Source: Octopus sinensis (taxonomy: Eukaryota). Taken from it: a DNA stretch of 64,000 nt. The notes under the pieces are model-generated. The model was given only the letters and a program-made list of their open reading frames with translations, ran no database searches and was not told the origin of the DNA. This document shows, piece by piece, positions 52,612 to 64,000 of this stretch. Location of the stretch: positions 84,196,001 through 84,260,000 of the forward strand of contig NC_043005.1 in assembly GCF_006345805.1 (NCBI RefSeq). Direction: 5' to 3'. Every line of letters starts with the position of its first letter. Within the stretch, counting starts at the first letter, position 1. The position numbers were made by a program, and so were the translations under genes.

Positions 52612-52823
52612 TCTTTTACTTGTTTCAGTCATTTGACTGTGGCCACGCTGGAGCACCACCTTTTACTTGAGAAAATCGACCCCAGGACTTATTCTTTGTA
52701 AGCCTAGTACTTATCCTATCGGTCTCTTTTGCTGAATTGCTAAGTTACAGGGATGTAAACATACCAGCATTGGTTGTGAAGCGATGTTGGCGGGACAAAC
52801 ACACACAAAACATATACACACAT

Positions 52824-52866
<43 letters not shown>

Positions 52867-53083
52867 TATATATATTATATAATATATAATATATATTAAT
52901 ATATATACATATATATATCATATATACGGGCTTCTTTCAGTTTCAATCTACCAAATCCACTCACAAGGCTTTGGTCGGCCTGAGGCTATAGTAGAAGACA
53001 CTTGCCCAAAGTGCAATGCAGTGGGACTGAACCCAGAACCTTGTGGTTCGTAAGCAAGCTACTTACCACACAGCCACTCCTAC
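52612..53083 (-). mobile_element. Full-length family A SINE nested in a C1 SINE (52512-52610 plus 53090-53306)
   Basis: The C1 sequence ggctgagcgctccacagaca|..|gttctgagggagattc is split by the A copy. Confidence 0.87.
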
Positions 53084-53607
53084 ATGCATATACTCAACAG
53101 GGTTCTGAGGGAGATTCATCGTCATATCGAATGTGACAAGGCCGGCCCCTTTGAAATATGGGTACTACTCATTTTTGCCAGCTGAGTAGACTGGAGGAAT
53201 GTGAAATAAAATGTCTTGCTCAAGGACACAACACACTGCCTGGTATTGAACTCATGGCCTTATGATTAGGAGCCAAATACTCTAACCACTAAACCATGTG
53301 CCTTCCCTACTAGCAAAGATAATTATGAAGGGTGACATCATGGCACTGGGTTGAGTTTGACTCATCTAACAAATGCCGGCATGGAAAAACAAATGTAAAG
53401 ACAATGATAGTGATTCCAACAATGATGATAATGATGTTGATGATGCAGGTGATGGTGATTATGTGATGATGATGACTGAGGATAACGGTGATGATGTTGG
53501 TGACGGAGAAGATGACATCAATGATGATGATGATAACAGTAAAAGGGATAACAGTGAAGATTGTTTGTTATGGTAATGACAACGATGATGATGATGTATA
53601 AACACGA

Positions 53608-53826
53608 TGCCAGACTCGCCGGACTGGTTCCTGTGCCGGTGGCACGTAAAAAGCACCTACTACACTCTCGGAGTGGTTGGCATTAGGAAGGGCTTCCAGC
53701 TGTAAGAACCATGCCAGATCAGATTGGAGCCTGGTGCAGCTGCTGGCTCTCCAGACCTCAGTCAAACCGTCCAACCCATGCCAGCATGGAAAACAGATGT
53801 TAAACGATGATGGTGGTGATGATGAT
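53608..53826 (+). mobile_element. Family D retroposon
   Basis: gtgccggtggcacgtaaaaagcac..gatgttaaacgatgatg. Confidence 0.87.
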
Positions 53827-56437
53827 AAACAAATCATTTAAATGAAGTGACAAGAGCAACATCAATTCATTTTAATCCCTAATCTTCTCTGCGTATGTAG
53901 ATAGACATGCAGGTGTATGCCTATGCATACAACGCATGCACGTGTACAGGTCTGTATGGTTGTGTTTGTATGCAATGCTGAAATCTCCACAGACATATGC
54001 ACAGTCATGTAAATTAACTGGGAAATGAAATAGAATATATGCATACACACGTGTGTATACACAATTACACACACAGACATATATATATATATATATATAA
54101 TATGCATACATATATATATATATCCCCATACACATATACATACATATATATATACATGCATATGAATATACATACACATATACAAATATATATATATATA
54201 TATATATATAGATATATACTACAGAAGCTATATACATATGCATATATATTGCATACACACATACCACACATATCAATATAGATATAACATATACACTATG
54301 TATATGTACATATAAATATAAATACATATAATACAACACACACGCACACACATATATATACATACAGATATACATACACATTTACAAACATATATATATA
54401 TACATACACACGCACATATACATATGGATATATACTTGCATACACATAGACACACACATATCCATATAGACATACATATACACTATGTATATCTACATAT
54501 AAATATAAATACATATACATACATACATACACACACACACACATATATATACATACGGATATACATACACAAACATATATATATATATATACATACACAC
54601 GCACATATACATATGGATATATACTTGCATACATATATACACACACATATCCATATAGATATACATATACACTATGTATATGTACATATAAATATAAATA
54701 CATATACATACATACACATACACATATATATACATGTATATACATGTATATATACATACATACACATACATTTTTACACACAACACATGATAGTTATTTC
54801 AGTACTGCTGCTGCTGCTGCCTCCTGATGATCACGGGCACTCACAGACATGCACACAACCATTAAAACACATGATTATCATAAACAGAGGAAAGCCATTG
54901 TCAAAATGTTTTCCCTAATCTTTTAACCCGGCATGAAGAGAATTTCGGTTTTTTTTTTGTTTGCAGGAAATAAATTTGTGAATGTCTATGATTTGATTTT
55001 CAACAAAATTAAACACGCCTGGTTCTATTATAAATAATATATATATATATATACATATATATATACATATGCATATATATATATGCATATATATATATAC
55101 ATATGCATATATATATATGCATATATATATACATATGCATATATATATATGCATATATATATATATACATATATATGTATATTATATACATGCATATATA
55201 TATACTGCATATATATATATACATGCATATATATATAATAATATATATATAATATATAGATATATATATATATATGCATATATACAGGATGAACTTGTTC
55301 ACATTGGAGCTGTTCGGAATAGGAAACCATATTTTTGTTGATTGAATGGCAACTTAGCATAAATATTTTCATTTGGAATATTTTAAATTAAGATTCATCC
55401 GTGTTCATAACATCAACAACATCATCATCATCATCATCATCATCAGCAGTAGCAGCAGCATTTGCAGCATCAACCACCATGATGATCATCATCACCACCA
55501 ACACCACTGATACCACCAGCACTACCAGCGCCACTACCATCAACACCATCATCATCATCATCATCATTACCATCACCACTACCAGCACCAGCATCAACCA
55601 ACACCACCACCAACAACAACTTTATCACCAACACCATCATCACCAACCACTGTCAGCTCAAACATCACCATCATCACTAACACAGTGACCACCATCACCC
55701 CACCACCACCACCACCCTCACCACAACCATCACCATTACCACCATCGTCCCCCCCACCTTCATCATCATTACCACCCCATCCAACCCAACCACCACTACC
55801 TCACTCCACCACCATCTCAACTGCTAAAATACAAATCCAGCAACCCCCCACCCCACCCACCTTACCAACCACCCGTTTCACACCACTTTCAAAAATACCA
55901 AGAAACCATGGCCGCAAAAACTAATTGTTAATAATTTGAACAACTTTCAACTCATTCCTGCCCCCTGTTTCTCTCACCCCCTTTCTATCTCCAGGCCTCT
56001 CTTTCTTTCCCTGGTTATTTTGTCTCTCACTCTTACTTTCTCTCTCTCTCTCTCTCCCTTTCCTTACATCCCTCTTTCTCCAACTCCCTTTCCAACTCCC
56101 CCTCTTTCTCTGAAATTTTTATCTATTATTTGTGTTTCCGTTTTTCTAATTTCTACATGTGTAAACATCTCTCCACTGCTAGATTTGTTTTGGCAGTTGC
56201 TTTAATAGTCTTCCCACCAGTCAGGTTGCCTTTTACAGTTTTATGGCCCAATAAACAAAGCAAAACAACCAAAAACAGCATAGAAAAGAAAAGCCCCCAA
56301 AAGACAAAAAACAAACAAAACAAAGTAGCTCCCCCCCCCTGCAAACTTTGGAAAAAAACGTATCTAAAGAAAGTACAAATTAACAAAGAATCAACCATAT
56401 ATATATATATATAACTATGTATGTATATATATATATG

Positions 56438-56475
<38 letters not shown>

Positions 56476-57508
56476 TATATGTATATATATGTATGTATTA
56501 TATATATATATGTATGTATGTATATATATGTATGTATGTATATATATATATATATGTGTGTAATGTATGTATATATATATATGTATATGTATGTATATAT
56601 ATTATATATATATAAATATGTATATATTTATTTATATATATATATATATATGTATATGTACATATATATGTATATATATATATGTCTATATATATGTGTG
56701 TATATATATGTATACACACACACATGCACCTATATATATATACATATATATGCGTGTGTTCATGTATATGCCTATATATGTATACGCATATGTATGTATA
56801 CATATACATGTGTATGTAATTCTGTACACACACACACACACATATATTTATAGCTAGATCCACACCCCCACCCACCCACAAGCATACATATATAATTCAG
56901 ATGTGCTCGACAACATCAATTTTTAAAATTACGTGAAATTTCTAAGCCAGTTTGTTCTTATTTCTTTCCTCCTAGTTTCCAAGTAACAAATTTATAGATC
57001 CCTGTGGTGGTGGTGGTTGTGGGGCCGGTTGGTAATTGCTCATATGTGGGAAGGAGGGGGGGTGTTGCAAACAACAACAACAAACAGAAAATAATTGCTT
57101 TACATAAGAAAACTAAATTAATATTTGTTAGATTAGAAATTTAAAAAAACAAATTTTTATTTTAGACTTCTGAGCTACATTTTTGCAGTCAATTTTTTTT
57201 CTATATTTGGTATGAATTATTTTTTTTTTCTAACTAATTTCACTTCATGTAGTAATAATAATAATAATGATACTATTAATAAAATATATACACACATGAA
57301 AAGTGGACGTGGAAATGATGATGTATATATGTGTGTGTATATATTCATACATATACATATATACACATGCATATACACATATAAATACATATGTATATAT
57401 GCATGTATACTATGTAGACATCATCATCATTTAACATCTGTGTCTCTCTCTCTCTCTCTATCTATTTGTCTGTCTGTGTCTGTTTATCTATCTATCTATC
57501 TATATCTA

Positions 57509-57542
<34 letters not shown>

Positions 57543-58842
57543 AAAAGTGTACGTTAAAATGAAGAAGATTATATATATATATATGTATACATATACACAC
57601 ACATAATTACATCACGTAAAATTAAATATACATGTATATTTGTATGTGTGTATGTTTGGATTCAAGAAGTGGTGATAGTAGTAGTAGTAGTAGTAGTTGT
57701 TGTTGTTGTGGTAGTAGTAAAATCTTTCAACAAAATATTTATCAGAGAAGCATAATTTTTTAAGCATAATATTTCTTTCTGGAAACTTTTAATGTGTGTG
57801 TGTGTGAAGGGGTAGGGTGGGGTGGGCTTTTTAACAAAAAAAAACCCCAACAAAAAGCAAAAAAGAGAGACCTATATTACTTTCCAATCATACAGGTAAT
57901 CAAAAATTGATGAAATATAACCACCACCACCACTACCACCATCACAACACAACCACCATCACTCCAACCACCAACACCACAAGCAACAACAGTACCACCA
58001 ACAGCATCAGCAGTGTAACCATCATCACCACCAGCACCATCACCACAAACAATGACACTATCACCTTCACCAACACCAACACCATTACCACCACTAGCAT
58101 CACCACTGGTACCACCACCACCACCAACAACAACAACCAACGCCCACTTCCACACCACTACCAACACCACCACTATCATCACCACCACAACAGCTGGCAC
58201 CATCGCTACTATTGCTACTGAGGGAAAAAAAGCAAAAATAAAAAAAAAACATACAAAAGGAACAAAAACAAATTAATAAACATCAAGAGAGCTTGTGATG
58301 TTTATGCGTCACTTTTATTTTTAATAAAGTAGACATTTAAATAAGTTGCTGGTCATAAACATTATTGAACAATGTTTGTGTGATTGTCTACTTACAGAGA
58401 CATAAATGTCAGAAATAACATTAAGTTGCAACACTAAGAGAACTTGCTGAACAGAACCTGTAATTTTTTTACTGATGATCAACCTCACTTGAAACTTTGT
58501 TCATAGGTTGTGCTTTTATGTATTCTTTTATGGGTCTCTACAGTTACACTTGACAGAATGTGATGATGTCTGGAATGCTGTTGTTCAAGAACGGTCTGGC
58601 ACTGCTTTGGTTATGACTCTGAGGGTTCCAGTTGAACCAACCAAGGAAGGAATTACAACCGTGTTTCGTGGTCTGCTACCACAACAGCTCCTTTATAGGA
58701 TCCAGTTAGCTCAAGACATCATCAGGAGGAACCACGTCCGGTTTTGGCCCCGAATCCTCTACCGTTTTGACATGGCGGGGCAGCCTGTTCGGGAAATTAA
58801 CATTTAATATGCAAGTGGCTGAATACTCCACCGACATGTATA

Positions 58843-59076
58843 TCTATTTCTTTACTACCCACAAGGGGCCAAACACAGAGGAGACAAACAAGGACAGACA
58901 AACGGAATAAGTCGATTATATCAACCCCAGTGCGTAACTGGTACTTAATTTATCAACCCCGAAAGGATGAAAGGCAAAGTTGACCTCGGCGGAATTTGAA
59001 CTCAGAACGTAACAGCAGACGAAATATGGCTATGCATTTCGCCTGGCATGCTAACGTTTCTGCCAGCTCGCCGCCC
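58843..59076 (-). mobile_element. Family B SINE nested in C1 with a 10-bp TSD
   Basis: gacatgtata at 58833-58842 and 59081-59090. Confidence 0.9.
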
Positions 59077-59395
59077 TACAGACATGTATACCCTTAACAT
59101 AGTTCTCAGGGAGATTCAGCATGACACAGAATGTGACAAGGCTGGCCCCTTTTGAATTACTGGTACAGCTCATTTCTGCCAGATGAATGAACTGGAGGAA
59201 TGCGAAATAAAGTATCTTGAGGACACAATGCGTTGCTTGGTATTGAACTCATGACTTTAGGATCATGAGCAGAATACTCTGACCACAAAGGCATTCACCA
59301 TCACAAAACACCCTGGCACTCCAACGGTTACAACAAAAAGTGCTCCAGTTGATCTGATCATTGGAACGTCCTGTTTGGGAAATTAACATGCATGT

Positions 59396-59646
59396 GCCGG
59401 TGACACGTAAAAAGCACCGTCCGAACATGGCAGATGCCAGCACCGCCTGACCGTCCATGTGGCCCCTGTGCCGGTGGCACGTAAAAAACACCCACTAACT
59501 CACGGAGTGGTTGGCGTTAGGAAGGGCATCCAGCTGTAGAAACACTGCCAAATCAGACTAGAGCCTGGTGCAGCCTCTATGGTCGAACCGTCCAACCCAT
59601 GCTAGCATGGAAAATGGACGTTAAATGATGATGATGATGATGATGA
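59396..59646 (+). mobile_element. Family D retroposon nested in a C1 SINE
   Basis: C1 gggaaattaacatgca|..|gtggctgagcactccacagac is split by D. Confidence 0.85.
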
Positions 59647-60274
59647 CGTGGCTGAGCACTCCACAGACATGTGTACCTTTAATGTAGTTGTCAGGGAGAT
59701 TCAGCGTGACTCCAGAGTGTGACAAGGCTGGATCCTTTTGAATTACAGGTATGACTCATTTTTGCCAGCTGAGTGGACTGGAGCAATGCTCTGGACAAAG
59801 CATGCCTTGGACAGAGGACGAGGAATGGCCTTCGCAGGTGAATACGAAGGTCAACGCAGATGTCACTATGGTCAGGGTGATGAACACCTTCTCAAAGGAC
59901 ATGTTTAGATACACCTTCTGTGGCCCTGACCTGGAGCATTGCATAAGGGAAGCGTACAGCCTTGTCTGGGAGGAGGGGCTTTATATATAGTATTTATGTA
60001 TATTATATGTATTAGTTGAACTATGTTGTTGTTTGTAATGGACTGTTAAGTCCAAAAATTGAAAAGTTGTAAAAGTTGTAAGAGGTTTAATACCTTGTTT
60101 TGTGTTTGGTTTTAAAGAACAATGTTTTAGAGAAGCAAAAGATGGTGGGTGCTTTTTGTCTTCTCCCATCCTTATCATCTTTCTTTCATTATCATTCATT
60201 TCATTAATGTCCTTGTCCAGCCCGCAAAGCTACTTTACTCTATGTACTGCCTTTATGGCAAATGCAATGAAATA

Positions 60275-60655
60275 AAGAAACTTGCTTCCCAACCACATGG
60301 TTCCAGGTTCAGTCCCACTGTGTGGCACCTTGGACAAGTGTCTATTGCTATAGCCTTGAGTGAATCAAAGCCCTGTGAGTGGATTTGGTAGATGAAAACT
60401 GAAAGAAGCTCATTGTGTATATATATATGTGTGTGTATGTATATGTTTGTGTGTCTGTATTTGTCCCTACACCATTGCTTGACAACTGATGTTGGTGTGT
60501 TTACATCCCCGTAGCTTGGCAGTTTGGCAAAAGAGACTGATAGAATAAGTACAAGTCTTACAAAGAATAAGTCCTAGGGTTGCTTTGTTTGACTGCAGGC
60601 GGTGCTCCAGCATGGCCACAGTCAAGTGACTGAAACAAGTAGAAGAATAAAAGAA
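60275..60655 (+). mobile_element. Family A SINE, near full length
   Basis: cttgcttcccaaccacatggttccaggttcagtccc...gactgaaacaagtagaagaat. Confidence 0.88.
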
Positions 60656-61544
60656 TATATGTAAGAATTTAATTTTGACGGCTATAAATAAAACATAACC
60701 TGCGAAATATTTGATGCTGAACATTCTAAATTTAAAATTGAATAAACGATGGAGCGACAGGTAAATTGGTTTTGCTTGTATTCTGGTATGACTCTAGTTT
60801 ACTGAATTCAACCAGTAGGAACTGTTGTTGTAGTCATTGTAGTGTGTTAGTAATACTAACATGCAGTCGTAGTTGTAGCATATCGTCATGGTTACTAACA
60901 GCGTACATCACTTATCAGCTGGATGACTATGTTTATTAATTTAAATTTTTTCGTTTCCCTCTTTTTTTGGTCATGATGCCACCTAGAATACTAGGAAATA
61001 TAGCTTTATGCTAATTCAATTATAAAAATTTAATTAACGAATGGATAAAATAGTTTTGCTATCTGATGTGTATATACGAGATATATATATATATATTAAT
61101 GTAATGTTGACTAAGGTAAAAATTATATTAGGTATTCAGTTAAAATCTCATGTTACATTTGATAGGAAATACAAAATCAAATAAGAGGCATGCCTTTATG
61201 ATTGCAAATAATTAAGTGATTAAATAAAGAACAAAATAAATAAGGTGAATATAATAAAATATTATATGTGTATATATACACACACACATATATATATATT
61301 TATAAACATATACACGCATACATATGTATTCACACACACATTTACATATACCCACACATATATACATATACATGATATAAATGTACATATGTGTGTGTAT
61401 AAATATATATATAATATATATATATATATACATACACCTACACACACATACATATGTACACAGACATACACCCTCTCTCTCTCTATATATATATATATAC
61501 ATATTTACATGTATATACATATATGTACATATATACATTCATAA

Positions 61545-61595
<51 letters not shown>

Positions 61596-62103
61596 CATAT
61601 ATGTATATATATATGTATATATATATACATATATGTATATATACATACATATATGTATATATATGTATATATATATATATATACATATATGTATATATAC
61701 ATACATATATGTATATATATACATATATGTATATATGTATGTATATATGCATGTATGTATTTATGTATACACGTATGTTGCCCAGAGAATGTTAACTATG
61801 TATTAGCAGTTAATTAATTGAATAATTGGAAAGTCTTTTCATTGCAAGCAATCGTTTAACTAAAAAGAGTCCTTGGTTGTTTTGTTTGGTTCAGTTGGCT
61901 GGCTGGCTGGCTGGCTGGTTGGTTGGTTGGTTGGTTGGTCAGTACGTGTGGGAACTGAATAATGTGTCCAGAGGGGGTGGGGAGGGGGAAGGCAGAGGTA
62001 AAATTGTAAACACACATACAGGAAATGAATTATAAATAAAATTAAAAAAAAAATTAAAATCAATAACAACAATAACAATAATAATGATAATAACAATATT
62101 AGT

Positions 62104-62314
62104 CTCAAATTTTGGCACAAGGCCAGTAAGTTTGGGGGAGGGGATAAGTCCTTTACATTAACCCCAGTGCTCGACTGGTACTTATTTCAATGACTCCAAA
62201 AGGACGAAGGGCAAAGTCGAATTTACTGGGATTTGAACTCAGTATGTAAAGACAGACAAAATACTGCTAAGCGGTTTGCTTGCCACAGTAACAATTGTGT
62301 CAGCTTGCTGCCTT
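62104..62314 (-). mobile_element. Family B SINE
   Basis: accccagtgctcgactggtactt..gcaaagtcga..gatttgaactcag. Confidence 0.8.
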
Positions 62315-62400
62315 CATAATAATAATAACAATAATAATAATGATAATAATAATAATAATGATAATAATAATAACGATTGTGATAGGGATATCAATGATGA

Positions 62401-62787
62401 CGCAGGAGTGGCTGTATGGTAACTAGCTTGCTCCCTAATCACATGGTTTCTGATTCAGTCCCACTGCATGACACCTTGGGCAAGTGTTTTAACTATAGCC
62501 TCAGACCAACCAAAGCCTTGGGAGTGGATTTGGTAGACGGAAACTAAAAGAAGCCTGTCATATATATATATGTGTGTGTGTGTGTGTTTATATGTTTGTA
62601 CCCCCACCTCAACATTGCTTGACACCCAATGCTGGTGTGTTTATGTCCCTGTAACTTAACAGTTCAGCAGAAGCGACTGATAAAATAAGTACTTAGGCTT
62701 GCAAAGAATAAGTCCTGGGGTTGATTTGTTTGACTAAAGGCGATGCTCCAGCATGGCCGCATTCAAATGACTGAAACAAGTAAAAGA

Positions 62788-62790
<3 letters not shown>
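62401..62790 (+). mobile_element. Full-length family A SINE
   Basis: gcaggagtggctgtatggtaac...gactgaaacaagtaaaagaat. Confidence 0.9.
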
Positions 62791-62838
<48 letters not shown>

Positions 62839-63789
62839 TGTGAAGGGATGAGAGATATTAAATTGGAGCAAGTTCCTTACAAGCACTCTGTTAGAATCCA
62901 GGTTTTGGCTAATCCCATTGAATGATATGGGACAACAGGAAATTTCTATAAGGTAGATAATTATGTGGTATTTCACCTGATGGACAAATTCTGAGTTTGT
63001 TTCTTTGGATTCTTTACAATGTACAGAGTGTATATTTATGACATTAAAATAAGAATGAAGAATTATACATTCACAATGACTGTTTATTACAGTACTGTAC
63101 ACAATATATTCACACTAAATCTCTGTCTGACATGTGTTTCTATGGTGTAGATATGCTAGGATGTGGCATCCAGTTGCATCCTGTTGGTTTAATTGCGTTA
63201 TGAGTTCATCCACGAAGCTTAATTCAAAGTGTTATCACTACAAGTCTTTGAAGATGCAGAAACAGAAATAAGAGAATGTGAGAAAAGAAAATAGAAACAC
63301 TCCCTGAAATAGTAATAGGTGACTTATGAATGAATGATGAAAGAATGAAGCAAGCAAATGCATAACTGAAATTGCCTGGACTTGTACATAACTACATAGC
63401 AATGAGTACATAGTGTAGACTATTTTAAAAGAGGGAAACACATATTTTGTTCAACAACAGGGATATTATAACCAACAGTTTCATTGTAATTGGTTCATCA
63501 GGTTATGGTTTATCCACCTTTATGCTTTGATTGTAGAGAGAAAATTATTTTCAGATTGAGTTATTGCTTAAGATTATTTTCCTCCTTTTTATTGCATACA
63601 CACACTCCTCTACATATACACTCACACACACACACACACATATATATAGACACACATATATACACATACATACAGGTAATCACATGCACATGTATTTATA
63701 AACACATATACACATATAAATGAACATGTGCGTATTATGTATTTGTATCTTTTTATTTCTCTCTCTCTCCCTAATATGTATATATATAT

Positions 63790-63831
<42 letters not shown>

Positions 63832-64000
63832 TATATATATATATATGTATGCATATATCTATCTATATATATATATATATATATATGTGGTGAGGTACAA
63901 TTGAATAGTTGGAAAATAAAACATATAGACAGATAGACATAGATATAAAAAGGGAGATAGATAGATAGGTATATATATATATATATTATATATATACATA

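Noticed and set aside
58472-58510. ctgatgatcaacctcacttgaaac HHR-like string
   Set aside because: Stem II and the GAAA core compete for the same bases; no stem I.
60740-60770. ATGGAGCGACAG|gtaaat as a first coding exon
   Set aside because: Only four codons plus a moderate donor; no other support.
63468-63507. Minus-strand CUGAUGA-accaattacaat-GAAAC-UGUUG-GUUAU
   Set aside because: Stem I is plausible, but stem II does not pair and the triplet register is off; counted only as a weak relic.

Overview
64 kb of AT-rich, CpG-depleted eukaryotic DNA with one 100-N gap (4671-4770). It looks like gene-poor intergenic or intronic sequence of a coleoid cephalopod, probably Octopus; this is inferred from my recall of the repeat families and was not checked. 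No recognisable host protein-coding gene, true tRNA, rRNA or CRISPR array was found. Almost all ORFs in the supplied track are translations of (TA)n, (CA)n, (CAT)n, (CAC)n or (AAT)n microsatellites. Mobile DNA dominates: four working SINE/retroposon families (my labels A-D, about 50 copies or fragments, several nested), three 5'-truncated Dong/R4-like RLE non-LTR fragments each next to (AAT)n, an RTE LINE 3' relic, a hAT relic, MITEs and Helitron/Helentron-like elements. The main unexpected signal is a dense set of type-I hammerhead ribozyme (HHR) motifs (CUGANGA...GAAA...NUH, often with palindromic stem III) from several unrelated repeat families. These include near-intact motifs at 9481-9571, 14363-14416 and 20708-20753, a tandem HHR-to-HHR unit of 316 nt before a SINE insertion (retrozyme-like), a perfect 158-bp palindrome made of two HHR copies, and a tRNA-headed element with HHR-bearing inverted arms at three loci. 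All folds were done by eye.
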